Shown in pieces: positions 1 to 8,968 of a stretch of DNA of 64,000 bases. The stretch spans positions 43,610-107,609 of the forward strand of contig JAKPDO010000025.1 of assembly GCA_029552545.1 (NCBI GenBank). Direction: 5' to 3'. Numbering within the stretch: the first letter of the stretch is position 1; each line of letters starts with the position of its first letter. Made by a program: the position numbers and the translations under genes. The notes beneath the pieces were generated by a model. It saw only the letters and a list, made by a program, of their open reading frames with translations, was not told the origin of the DNA and ran no database searches. The stretch comes from Planctomycetota bacterium (GTDB taxonomy: Bacteria; Planctomycetota; Phycisphaerae; Sedimentisphaerales; Anaerohalosphaeraceae).

Positions 1-64
1 GAAGTGTTAACGCTTGATGAAAAAGCTGTGTAGTCAGCCGTCGGGAGAAAACAAGACAAGGGAT

Positions 65-280
65 ATGGCGAAAAAAGATGCCATCAGACTGGAAGCGACG
101 GTCGTGGAAGCTCTTCCGAATGCAATGTTTCGGGTGGAGTTGCAGAACGGCCATCGCATCCTGGCCCATGTGTCCGGAAAGATGCGGATGCATTTTATCC
201 GGATACTGCCGGGGGATAAGGTACTGGTGGAAATGAGTCCTTATGATTTGACGCGAGGACGGATTATTACGAGAAGTTAA
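65..280 (+). CDS. infA: translation initiation factor IF-1
   Basis: In ORF 14..280 the first ATG (65) gives [53 protein letters not shown]..., the canonical IF-1 S1-fold sequence. It heads the rpmJ-rpsM-rpsK-rpsD-rpoA-rplQ block. Confidence 0.9.
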   Translation: MAKKDAIRLEATVVEALPNAMFRVELQNGHRILAHVSGKMRMHFIRILPGDKVLVEMSPYDLTRGRIITRS

Positions 281-305
281 CACCCGGTTTGACAGGGAAA
301 AATCT

Positions 306-419
306 ATGAAAGTACGAAGTTCCGTAAAACGAATTTGTGAAAACTGCAAGTTGGTCCGACGCAAAGGGGTTTTGCGAGTGATTTGCTCGAATCCCCGTCA
401 TAAGCAGCGTCAGGGCTGA
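306..419 (+). CDS. rpmJ: 50S ribosomal protein L36
   Basis: Absent from the ORF track because it is under 60 aa. ATG 306 to TGA 417-419 translates to [37 protein letters not shown], the L36 zinc-ribbon signature. Its position between infA and rpsM is the conserved one. Confidence 0.9.
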   Translation: MKVRSSVKRICENCKLVRRKGVLRVICSNPRHKQRQG

Positions 420-450
420 TAACGAGTCTTTCTAAGCGACAGGAGTTGAT

Positions 451-834
451 ATGCCCCGTATCATAGGTGTAGATGTACCGAATAACAAGCCGGCGTGGAT
501 TGCCTTAAGCTACATCCACGGCATCGGACGCTATCTGGCCTGCAAGATTCTGGCGGAAGCCAAGATCAATCCGCAGGTGCGGGCCGGTCAATTGACGGAA
601 GATGAGGTGAGCCGAATCACCCAGATTATCGACCGGGACTATCTGGTGGAAGGGCAGCTGCGGAGAAAAGTCTCGCAGGATATCGCCCGTCTGAAGGAAA
701 TCGGCTGCTATCGGGGCATTCGTCACCGCCGCGGTCTTCCGGTTCGCGGTCAGCAGACACAAAGCAACGCCCGTACGCGGAAAGGCAAACGGAAAACCGT
801 GGCCGGCAAGAAGAGCGTCAAAGAAATGCGGTAA
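451..834 (+). CDS. rpsM: 30S ribosomal protein S13
   Basis: [27 protein letters not shown]... with a basic C-terminal tail. AGGAG lies upstream of ATG 451. Confidence 0.95.
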   Translation: MPRIIGVDVPNNKPAWIALSYIHGIGRYLACKILAEAKINPQVRAGQLTEDEVSRITQIIDRDYLVEGQLRRKVSQDIARLKEIGCYRGIRHRRGLPVRGQQTQSNARTRKGKRKTVAGKKSVKEMR

Positions 835-880
835 GCGCTAAGCCGTCGCAGCGGAGACGGGATAGAGGAGTTGATTGTTT

Positions 881-1261
881 ATGGCCAAGAGCGTAAAACG
901 AAAAGTTCGGAAAAATGTGGTTCGCGGGATTGTTCATATCACGGCGACGTTTAACAACACTCTGATTACAGTGACGGATATGGACGGCGATACGATTTGC
1001 CAGGACTCCGGCGGCAGCGTGGGCTTTAAGGGCTCTCGAAAGAGTACGCCGTTTGCAGCGCAGCGTGCGGCGGAAAAGGCGGCCCGTACGGCGATGCGCA
1101 GCGGCCTGCGCGAGGTGGAAATCCGCGTGAAGGGCCCCGGGTCGGGCCGGGAATCGGCGATAGCCGCCATTCAGCAGGCCGGCCTTCGGATTGCCTCGAT
1201 TGAGGATGTGACGCCGATACCGCATAACGGATGCCGTCCGCGCAAGCGTCGGCGTGTATAA
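881..1261 (+). CDS. rpsK: 30S ribosomal protein S11
   Basis: The ORF-track start at 875 is TTG; the first ATG is at 881 ([12 protein letters not shown]..). [29 protein letters not shown] is classic S11. Confidence 0.95.
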   Translation: MAKSVKRKVRKNVVRGIVHITATFNNTLITVTDMDGDTICQDSGGSVGFKGSRKSTPFAAQRAAEKAARTAMRSGLREVEIRVKGPGSGRESAIAAIQQAGLRIASIEDVTPIPHNGCRPRKRRRV

Positions 1262-1311
1262 CCGGGCATTGAAAAAGACTTTGAACCTTACAAAGAGGAA
1301 GTTGGCAGAAT

Positions 1312-1944
1312 ATGGCACGTTATCTTGAACCTACATGTCGGTTATGCCGGCGAGAAGGAATGAAGCTGATGCTGAAAGGCACGCGGTGCGAGACCGCCAA
1401 GTGTGCGATTGAACGGCGGGAGAAAAGCATGGCTCCCGGGATGCACGGCTGGCGGAGAGGCCGCTACAGCGATTACGGGGTTCGGCTTCGGGAAAAGCAG
1501 AAGGTGAAGCGTTATTACGGGCTGATGGAAAAGCAGTTTATGAGCATTTTCCGCGAAGCCGCCCGCCGGAAGGGCAATACGGGACGTACGCTGCTGGAGC
1601 TTCTCGAACGGCGTCTGGATAATGTGGTATTTAAATTGAATTTTGCGCCCTCCCGCAGGGCGGCCCGGCAGCTGATTGCGCATGGGCATATTTATCTGAA
1701 CGGCCGGCGCGTGGATATTCCGGACCGGCTGGTCAATATCGGCGACAAGATTACCCTGAAGAACTCGGAGCGGACCCGCAAGCTGGTGAAGGCCCAGCTG
1801 GAGGCCAATCCGAATTTTCAGGTGCAGGGCTGGCTTCAGCTGGATGCCTCCAAGCCGGCGGCCACGGTGGTGGCTCTGCCGTCCCGTGAGGATGTTCAGC
1901 TGGCGATTGAAGAACATCTGGTTGTGGAGTTCTGTTCGAAATAA
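1312..1944 (+). CDS. rpsD: 30S ribosomal protein S4
   Basis: MARYLEPTCRLCRREGMKLMLKG.RC...YGVRLREKQKVKRYYG, with an S4 RNA-binding domain at the C-terminus. Confidence 0.95.
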   Translation: MARYLEPTCRLCRREGMKLMLKGTRCETAKCAIERREKSMAPGMHGWRRGRYSDYGVRLREKQKVKRYYGLMEKQFMSIFREAARRKGNTGRTLLELLERRLDNVVFKLNFAPSRRAARQLIAHGHIYLNGRRVDIPDRLVNIGDKITLKNSERTRKLVKAQLEANPNFQVQGWLQLDASKPAATVVALPSREDVQLAIEEHLVVEFCSK

Positions 1945-2046
1945 CGACTTATTGGAAAACCGGGCGGATTCCAGAGAGTGGTTTTCTTCTCCTTTCGGCC
2001 CGAAGAAAAGCACTGAGAACATTCGCCCGCTGCTGGAGGCCTATGT

Positions 2047-3045
2047 ATGAGAATTACCTGGAGAGGTTTGGAACTGCCGACGCGTGTGCAGAAGGACACG
2101 GATGTGTCTACCGATCGATACGGCCGGTTTATTATCGAGCCGTTTGAGCGGGGGTTCGGCACAACGATTGGGAACAGTCTTCGCCGGATTCTGCTTTCTT
2201 CGCTGGAAGGCAGTGCCGTTGAATCGATTAAGATTCAGAATGTCACGCATGAATTTACGTCTATCCCGGGAGTGATGGAGGATGTGACGGATATTGTATT
2301 GAATGTAAAGCGTCTGGTCGTTCGGATGCAGGGGGACCAGCGGCGGACGATGAAAGTGCAGGCGAACCAGGCCGGTCCGGTGACGGCGGGAATGATTGAA
2401 TGCGACCCGGCGATTGAAGTCATCAACAAGGATTTGGTGCTGGCGACGCTGACGGAGAATGTGCACTTTGAGATGGAAATGGTTGTGGGCAACGGGCGCG
2501 GGTATTCACCGGCTTCCGAGCGAATCGCCGCCGTTGACCGGTCGGAGCAGGAAATCGGCCGGATTGAGGTGGATGCGATTTATTCGCCGGTTCTGCGTGT
2601 CCGTTATAAGACGGAGGATACGCGTGTCGGCCAGCGGACCAACTACGACAAACTGATTCTGGAAATCTGGACGGACGGGACCGTCACGCCGGAGATGGCT
2701 CTGGTCGAAGCGGGCAAGATTCTTCGCAAGTACATCAACCCGATTGTTCAGTACGAACAGCTGGGTAAAGAAACGGTGGAAGAGGCGGTCCAGGCCGAGC
2801 CGCAGCCGGCTAAGGCGGTCAATGAAGAACTGGCGGCCAAACTGGCGATGCCGATTGAGCAGCTGGAACTGACGGTCCGCTCGAGCAATTGTCTGGAATC
2901 GAACAATATTCAGACCGTCGGCCAGCTGGTGAAGATGACCGAGGCGGACCTGCTGAAGATTCGCAGTTTCGGGAAAACCAGTCTGCGTGAGGTCAAGCGG
3001 AAACTGGCGGAACTCGGATTGTCCCTGGGAATGACCGGGGTCTAA
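2047..3045 (+). CDS. rpoA: DNA-directed RNA polymerase subunit alpha
   Basis: YGRFIIEPFERGFGTTIGNSLRRILLSSLEG in the N-terminal domain. The C-terminal HhH domain reads LELTVRSSNCLESNNIQTVGQLV. It sits in the conserved position after rpsD. Confidence 0.95.
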   Translation: MRITWRGLELPTRVQKDTDVSTDRYGRFIIEPFERGFGTTIGNSLRRILLSSLEGSAVESIKIQNVTHEFTSIPGVMEDVTDIVLNVKRLVVRMQGDQRRTMKVQANQAGPVTAGMIECDPAIEVINKDLVLATLTENVHFEMEMVVGNGRGYSPASERIAAVDRSEQEIGRIEVDAIYSPVLRVRYKTEDTRVGQRTNYDKLILEIWTDGTVTPEMALVEAGKILRKYINPIVQYEQLGKETVEEAVQAEPQPAKAVNEELAAKLAMPIEQLELTVRSSNCLESNNIQTVGQLVKMTEADLLKIRSFGKTSLREVKRKLAELGLSLGMTGV

Positions 3046-3084
3046 AGAAAGCGGGAAACGAAGACAGAATTGAGGTGATTGAAT

Positions 3085-3522
3085 ATGCGTCATCGGATAG
3101 CAGGAAGACAATTGGGGCGAACCAGCGAACATCGACTGGCCCTGCGTCGGAATCTGGCGGCTTCGCTGTTTGAACATGAAACGATTTCGACAACGCTGGA
3201 GAAGGCCAAAGAGGTCCGCGGATTTGCCGAGAAGCTGATTACACTGGCCAAGAAGGGCAATCTCCACGCCCGTCGGCAGGCCCTTCGGCTGCTGAACGAC
3301 CGGGCGATTTACAAAGAAGAGGACGGCCGAATGGTCAAGGTCGGCACCGTAATCGGCAAGCTTTTCAGCGACATCGGTCCCCGTTTTCTGGACCGGCCGG
3401 GCGGCTATACGCGAATCATTCGCCTGCCCAAGCACCGGCTCGGCGACAACGGGCGTCTGGTTCTGCTTCAATTGGTTGAGCAGGGCAAATCGGAACCGGA
3501 AAAGACCTCCAAGAAGTCCTAA
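3085..3522 (+). CDS. rplQ: 50S ribosomal protein L17
   Basis: The ORF-track start at 3079 is TTG; ATG 3085 gives MRHRIAGRQLGRTSEHRLALRRNL, the typical L17 N-terminus. Confidence 0.95.
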   Translation: MRHRIAGRQLGRTSEHRLALRRNLAASLFEHETISTTLEKAKEVRGFAEKLITLAKKGNLHARRQALRLLNDRAIYKEEDGRMVKVGTVIGKLFSDIGPRFLDRPGGYTRIIRLPKHRLGDNGRLVLLQLVEQGKSEPEKTSKKS

Positions 3523-3535
3523 GCGGATTTTCCAA

Positions 3536-3567
3536 AGCGGACGGCGGCACTGCGTCCGCTTTTTTTG
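3536..3567 (+). terminator. rho-independent terminator after rplQ
   Basis: Hairpin AAGCGGACG..CGTCCGCTT followed by TTTTTTT, 14 nt after the rplQ stop. Confidence 0.6.
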
Positions 3568-3590
3568 TCGGTTCAGGCGGGAGGATTCAG

Positions 3591-4007
3591 ATGGACGAAT
3601 GTGTGTTTTGCCGAATAGCCGCAGGGAAGATTCCCTCTGCGAAAATATTCGAAAACGAGGAGGTTCTGGCCTTTCTGGATATTGGTCCGGTATCGGATGG
3701 GCATACACTGGTGATCCCGAAACGTCATTACAGCCGACTGGATGAATGTCCGGCCCCGACACTTTCGAGTCTGGCAGCCGCTTTGTCCTGCACGGCCGGG
3801 GCCGTCCAAAAGGCGATGAAAGCGGATGGATACAATGTGCTGTGCAACAACGGCCGAGCGGCCGGACAGATTGTCGAGCACCTGCATTTTCATATTATCC
3901 CCAGAAAGACAGGGGATGGGCTGTTTCGGAACTGGCCGTCGTATTCCTATCCGGAAGGAAAGGCCGCTCAGATAGCCGAACAAATCCGCCGGATGCTCGA
4001 AAAATAA
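3591..4007 (+). CDS. HIT-family (histidine triad) nucleotide hydrolase
   Basis: CVFCRIAAGKIPS..., GHTLVIPKRH and the histidine-triad motif HLHFHIIP. Confidence 0.85.
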   Translation: MDECVFCRIAAGKIPSAKIFENEEVLAFLDIGPVSDGHTLVIPKRHYSRLDECPAPTLSSLAAALSCTAGAVQKAMKADGYNVLCNNGRAAGQIVEHLHFHIIPRKTGDGLFRNWPSYSYPEGKAAQIAEQIRRMLEK

Positions 4008-4063
4008 ATTGGATGAGCGGTTGCACAACGCCGGAAACTGTGGTATAGGAGATAAAATTTGAT

Positions 4064-4137
<74 letters not shown>

Positions 4138-4148
4138 GTGAAGAGCAA

Positions 4149-4177
4149 AGTCGGTCCGATAAGACCGGCTTTTTTTC
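4149..4177 (+). terminator. rho-independent terminator after tRNA-fMet
   Basis: An 8-bp stem AGTCGGTC/GACCGGCT with loop CGATAA, followed by TTTTTTT. Confidence 0.55.
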
Positions 4178-4291
4178 TTTATAAGGGATGATTTTTGAAT
4201 ATCGTATTCATGAAAGGTACACGACATTTTTATTCGGGAAATTACTTTTGAACACCGTCCTTTTATTCTATAATATTCTTCCTATTAAAAG

Positions 4292-4321
4292 TTGACATTT
4301 TTGGGGTTTCTGTGTTATAAT
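4292..4321 (+). promoter_or_regulatory. sigma70-type promoter candidate for the VTC operon
   Basis: TTGACA (4292-4297), an 18-nt spacer, then TGtTATAAT (extended -10, 4313-4321). It lies in a 330-bp AT-rich gap about 150 nt upstream of ATG 4473. Confidence 0.5.
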
Positions 4322-4472
4322 TCAGTTAGAATTAAATTAAATTATTTACAAGAGGGGCGGTTCTTCTTGCATTCGATAGGCGGGGTGCGGCAGAGACTTA
4401 GAGGGATGATGACAAAATTTGTCCGAATTTGATTTATTTTGGAAAGCAAATTATTCCGGCTGATTCGAAAAG

Positions 4473-5387
4473 ATGTTCAAAGGTTTTCTGAAAAGGAGAA
4501 AAGGGAGTTCGGGGGTTGAGCCGGTCAGGAGGAACCCTGCCAAGGGCGGGCTCACAAATGATACAGCCGAACATTCTCTTCCGACGGATTCAGAAACATT
4601 TCCAGAGCATCGGGTGATTGAGGAGGGAGCACGTGAGCCGGTTTGCCGGCAAGGAACAGATTTAACCTGCTGCCGTTATGAGCTGAAGTATCGAATTTCC
4701 GAAAGTAAGGCCCAAGCTATTCGAGATTATGTTCAGCATTATTTGTCGGTGGACAAATATGCGCTGATGTATCCGGACCGACAATATCCCATTTCAAGTC
4801 TCTACCTGGATTCACCGGATTTGTGTTTGTGCCGGGAAACTCTTACCGGCAAATCCAATCGTTTCAAACTGCGAATCCGGACTTACAGTGATTTGCCGAA
4901 AAGTCCGCTGTTTTTGGAAGTAAAGCGGCGGGTGAATAAAGTGATTGTCAAGAGCCGGGCTCGCATTGAACGGTCGGAGCTTCAGGCGGCCCTGGAGGGC
5001 ACGCTGGAGCTGCACGGACGTTCGGAGAAAGACCGCCAGGCGCTGAAGCAGTTTTTGTTTTACAAGCAGGCCCTTGGGGCCCAGCCGGTTGTGCTGGTTC
5101 GATATATGCGGGAACCTTTTGAAGGAGAAGGACAAAACCGAGTTCGGGTTACGTTTGACCGGCATCTGGAATTTCGGAAGCCCTTCGGGATGGAAGTAAC
5201 TCTGAACGGACAGGGATGGCAGGCAATTCCGCTGCCGTACGTGGTTTTGGAAATCAAGTTTACGGATCATTATCCGGCATGGCTGGAGGAGATGATTCGT
5301 CTGTTTAATCTGAATCTATCGTCAATGTCCAAGTATGTTTCGTCGGTGTCTTGCGTTTCACAGGGGCTTTTGGGATATTTGGAATGA
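4473..5387 (+). CDS. VTC-domain (polyphosphate-polymerase-like, triphosphate-tunnel fold) protein
   Basis: CCRYELKYRI.., FKLRIRTY, LFLEVKRR and VVLEIKF are alternating charged beta-strands typical of the VTC/CYTH-like tunnel family. The N-terminal ~65 aa are low-complexity. Confidence 0.85.
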   Translation: MFKGFLKRRKGSSGVEPVRRNPAKGGLTNDTAEHSLPTDSETFPEHRVIEEGAREPVCRQGTDLTCCRYELKYRISESKAQAIRDYVQHYLSVDKYALMYPDRQYPISSLYLDSPDLCLCRETLTGKSNRFKLRIRTYSDLPKSPLFLEVKRRVNKVIVKSRARIERSELQAALEGTLELHGRSEKDRQALKQFLFYKQALGAQPVVLVRYMREPFEGEGQNRVRVTFDRHLEFRKPFGMEVTLNGQGWQAIPLPYVVLEIKFTDHYPAWLEEMIRLFNLNLSSMSKYVSSVSCVSQGLLGYLE

Positions 5388-6082
5388 TGGAGAATCTGAA
5401 ACATTTGCTGAATGATTACTCCTCTCCGGCGGGAATGGATGCGGCGACGGTCGTTCTGTCTCTCCTGCTGGCCTTTGTACTCGGGCAAGTCCTGGCGTGG
5501 ATTTATTCGTTTACTCATCACGGGCTGTCGTATTCCAAATCCTTTGTGCAGTCTCTGATTGTGATTACGATGGTGGTTGCTCTTGTGATGACGACCATTG
5601 CGGGCAGTTTTGTGGTGGCGGTCGGGCTGATGGGGGCGCTTTCGATTATCCGGTTTCGAAATATGATTAAGGACACGCGGGACATTGCCTTTTTGTTCTG
5701 CGCCCTTGTGGTCGGAATGGCCTGCGGGTCGGGCCGGTATGCGATTGCCGTCATCGGCACGGCGGTCCTCGGGCTGGTCCTGCTGTATCTGTACTGGGCG
5801 GATTTCGGAGCGTTTCATTCGAGCAATGCGCTGCTTCGGTTTACCTTTCACGGGGAGCTGAACGCAGACCATCCGCTTTTTAAGGTGCTTCGGCGGTTTT
5901 GCCGAACGATTGTCCTGACATCTTCTCAAAGCCGCGGGCCGGATCGTTCCCGGATGGATTATGCATATCAGATTACTTTGCGTAAAGCGTCCCTGAATCA
6001 GCAGATGCTTTCCGAACTGCGGAAGATAGAAGGAATTGAGAATCTGAGTCTGGCGATTCAGGAGCAAATCCTTGAACTCTGA
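5384..6082 (+). CDS. DUF4956-like polytopic membrane protein
   Basis: The start ATG overlaps the VTC stop (ATGA at 5384-5387). About five hydrophobic helices, the ..LSIIRFRNMIKDTRDIAFLF.. motif remembered for DUF4956, and a soluble C-terminal ~80 aa. Confidence 0.8.
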   Translation: MMENLKHLLNDYSSPAGMDAATVVLSLLLAFVLGQVLAWIYSFTHHGLSYSKSFVQSLIVITMVVALVMTTIAGSFVVAVGLMGALSIIRFRNMIKDTRDIAFLFCALVVGMACGSGRYAIAVIGTAVLGLVLLYLYWADFGAFHSSNALLRFTFHGELNADHPLFKVLRRFCRTIVLTSSQSRGPDRSRMDYAYQITLRKASLNQQMLSELRKIEGIENLSLAIQEQILEL

Positions 6083-6086
6083 CAGG

Positions 6087-7235
6087 ATGTCATTTCAGAA
6101 AAGGACGGGACGGGTCCTGACCGGTGTGCTGCCGGTTCTGGTATGGTTGGCAGCGGTGGGGGCGGTGTGTTTTCTTTTTGTTTATCGAAATTCCCGTTTT
6201 ACGACGGTTGGAATTGCCAATGCTCAGACCTGTGTTTTTACGGCTCCTGATTCCGGGTGGCTGATTTCCATGCCGGTACACTTGTATCAGCAGGTTCATC
6301 AGGGGCAGCCGCTGGCGGTTCTGCGGCTGGTTCCGCCGACGGAAATCGAGCGGGCTCGAGCCCAGGTCGAAGCGGAAAAAGCAGCGGTTTTGGCGGAGCT
6401 GGAGTATCGGAAACTCCAGGTTGAGCAAATGCTCCGTCAGCTGGCCGGCGACCAGTCTCGAGAGCAAATGGAGCAGCTGTATCGGGAGCATCAGGTAGCT
6501 CTTGACGCAGAAAAAACCCGCTTATTGATTCTTGAAATTCAATCCCGCCTTGAGCCGGCCAGGATTCAATTGAAAGACCTTGAAACAGAGAAAAAGGTTT
6601 TGGAAAACCTGCTGGCGAAAAAGGCCATTGAGCCGTATGAACTGCAGAAGGTTTCGGTTCAGGCGGAGGCCCTTGCGGCTCAGATTGCTCAGGATGAACG
6701 GCAGCTGGTTGAGGCCAGGCAGGATTTGGAGGCGATCCAAAGTCGTCTGCAGGCCTTCCGCGCTTCTTCACGGCTTTCTTCAGAACAGATGCTTTCCCTG
6801 GAACCGCTTCAGAAGGCCATTGCGCTTCAGGAAAAACGTCTGGAGGAACTTTCGGCGATTGATTTTGATGTGGTTCTGGAAGCTCCCTTTGACGGGATTG
6901 TTGCCTCTATCGGCTGTGCCGTCGGCCAGACCGTCAGCAAGGATATGCCGATTCTTACGCTGGCGGCTCCGTCCGCCGATTTTGTGACGGCCTGGGTTCC
7001 TCAGGAGCAAAGCGGTTCCGTCACGCTGCATCAGCCGGTCGAAATCATCAAGATGTCCTCTCCTCGAAAGGTGCTGCGTTCCGAAGTGGCAGAAATGGGG
7101 CCGATGGTGGAGCTGATGCCGGAGCGATTGTGGAAAAACCCGTCGGTTCCGGAATGGGGCAGGCCTGTTCGGATTCCGGTGCATCCGGAGATGCAGCTGC
7201 TTCCGAATGAACTGGTCGGGGTTCGGGGTATTTAG
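6087..7235 (+). CDS. HlyD-family periplasmic adaptor (membrane fusion protein)
   Basis: ATG lies 4 nt after the DUF4956 stop (the ORF-track start at 6072 is TTG). N-terminal TM anchor, split lipoyl-like halves (..GQPLAVL.. / ..APFDGIVASIGCAVGQTV..) flanking a ~150-aa coiled coil, then a beta-barrel tail. Confidence 0.8.
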   Translation: MSFQKRTGRVLTGVLPVLVWLAAVGAVCFLFVYRNSRFTTVGIANAQTCVFTAPDSGWLISMPVHLYQQVHQGQPLAVLRLVPPTEIERARAQVEAEKAAVLAELEYRKLQVEQMLRQLAGDQSREQMEQLYREHQVALDAEKTRLLILEIQSRLEPARIQLKDLETEKKVLENLLAKKAIEPYELQKVSVQAEALAAQIAQDERQLVEARQDLEAIQSRLQAFRASSRLSSEQMLSLEPLQKAIALQEKRLEELSAIDFDVVLEAPFDGIVASIGCAVGQTVSKDMPILTLAAPSADFVTAWVPQEQSGSVTLHQPVEIIKMSSPRKVLRSEVAEMGPMVELMPERLWKNPSVPEWGRPVRIPVHPEMQLLPNELVGVRGI

Positions 7236-7250
7236 CCGCGGTTCTTTTGA

Positions 7251-8939
7251 ATGGATAAGGGCCTCCGAAAAGAAATGAAAAAGAGTTTGTTCCAAATTTC
7301 CGGAGGTTTTCGTTTTGTTCTCCTTCTGACCGCAGGGGTTGTAGGATGCTCTCTGAACCCGGAAAAAGTCAGCCGACAGACGGATGAGAAAGTCTATTCT
7401 CTTCTGGAGAAGCGCTGGGATGAGTCTTTCGGCCGTGCGGAGGAATATCAGATTGAGCCCTTTTCGCCGCAGATGCGTCAGGAGCGTCTGAAAGTATTAG
7501 AAGGCGGTTCTGTGCTCACACTGGCTAAGGCGGCGGAACTTGCGGTGACCAATACCCACGAATATCAGCAGGCCAAAGAGCAGCTTTATCTGACGGCGCT
7601 GGATTTACGGGATGTGCAGCATCTGTATGAGTGGACGCCGTTTGCGCGGGCAACCGGGGGATATGCCAAAGAAGGAGACCGGGATGGGGAAGGAGGACGG
7701 GAGGGGGCGGGGGCTGCGGGAGAGGGGGGAATCAGCAAACTGCTGGCAAGCGGGACTGTGGTTACGTCCGGCTTATCGGTTGGGTATATGGATGTGTTGT
7801 CGGGGGATTTCCGAAGCGGTCTGCAGACAATCTTTCAGGCGGCAATTACCCAGCCGCTTCTTCGCGGGGCGGATCGGAAGGTCGTTCTGGAGGCGCTGAC
7901 GCAGGCCGAGCAGGATACGCTGTATGCTGTTCGGGACTTCAATCGTTTTCGGCAGACCTTTCTGGTTTCCATTGTAACCGAGTATTACCGGCTGCTTCTT
8001 TATCAGATTCAGATGAAAAACAGCCGGGAGCATTATCTTCGAATGCTTTCGATTTATGACAAGATGGCTCCTCTGGTTCAGGCCGGACGTCTGCCCGCCT
8101 TCGAGCTGGAGCAGGCCCGACAGGACAAAATTCGTGCCTGGGACAGCTACCTTCAGGCCAAACAGATGTATGAGACTCATAAGGACGCCCTGAAGCTGAT
8201 GCTGAATATTCCGCAGGAGACCTCTGTAGAACCGGATGAAAACGAATGGGCGGCTCTGGAGGAAGGACTGAAGGAGCCGCCTTTGACGGAGGAACAGGCG
8301 GTCGAGGCCGCACTGGATCAGCGTCTGGATTTGGCGAATGCGTATGACCGCACCCTCGATGCCCAGCGCCATGTGGAAGTAGCGGCGGATGCCCTGAAGG
8401 CGGATTTGACCCTTGTCGGTCTGTACAGCCCTGCTAATGACGGGAATCGGCGCTATGCATTCGGGGCCGATCCGGGTGATTTGCAGCGGGTTCGCGACCG
8501 CTATGAAGCCACCCTTCGGCTGGACCTGCCGCTGGATCGGGAGATGGAGAAAAATAATTACAAACGGGCCCTGATTGCCCTGGCTCAGCAGCAGAGGAAT
8601 CATCAAAAACTGACGGACCAGATTGTGCTGGAGGTGCGCAAGGCCTATCGGGATTGCCAGAAAGCCCGGGAGCGTTATCAGGTCCAGAAAGAGGCCTGGC
8701 AGCTGGCTCGGGAGCGGCTGGACAAGACCCTCGAGCTGATGCAGGTTGCCAGGGCCAAAAGCCGGGATGTGCTGGATGCTCAAAAAGATTATTATCAGGC
8801 CCGGCAGGCCTTTGCAGAGTCTGTGTTTGACTATTCGACGGCTCTATTGGAGATGTACCGAGATACGGGGATGCTTTGGGTGAAGTCGAAGGGAAGATGG
8901 GAAATTCGAACGGCATCTTCCGGCGGTGCCGAACGGTAG
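7251..8939 (+). CDS. TolC-family outer-membrane channel protein
   Basis: Two repeats of the OEP helical pattern (AELAVTNTHEYQQAKEQLYLTALDL.. and ..LDLANAYDRTLDAQRHVEVAAD..). A possible lipoprotein signal (LLLTAGVVGCS) appears if the start is ATG 7275. Contains a Gly/Glu-rich insert. Confidence 0.85.
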   Translation: MDKGLRKEMKKSLFQISGGFRFVLLLTAGVVGCSLNPEKVSRQTDEKVYSLLEKRWDESFGRAEEYQIEPFSPQMRQERLKVLEGGSVLTLAKAAELAVTNTHEYQQAKEQLYLTALDLRDVQHLYEWTPFARATGGYAKEGDRDGEGGREGAGAAGEGGISKLLASGTVVTSGLSVGYMDVLSGDFRSGLQTIFQAAITQPLLRGADRKVVLEALTQAEQDTLYAVRDFNRFRQTFLVSIVTEYYRLLLYQIQMKNSREHYLRMLSIYDKMAPLVQAGRLPAFELEQARQDKIRAWDSYLQAKQMYETHKDALKLMLNIPQETSVEPDENEWAALEEGLKEPPLTEEQAVEAALDQRLDLANAYDRTLDAQRHVEVAADALKADLTLVGLYSPANDGNRRYAFGADPGDLQRVRDRYEATLRLDLPLDREMEKNNYKRALIALAQQQRNHQKLTDQIVLEVRKAYRDCQKARERYQVQKEAWQLARERLDKTLELMQVARAKSRDVLDAQKDYYQARQAFAESVFDYSTALLEMYRDTGMLWVKSKGRWEIRTASSGGAER

Positions 8940-8968
8940 CCGGAACAGAAGGAGAGAAAGGCGGAGGC

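Noticed and set aside
8876-8968. ORF-track N-terminal extensions: 8876 for the CotH giant, 36225 for the beta-propeller GH, 33744 for PL11, 30497 for the 28377 protein and 54764 for the O-antigen ligase.
   Set aside because: The extensions overlap upstream genes or lack signal peptides. Internal starts give proper signal peptides, RBSs or ATGA coupling.
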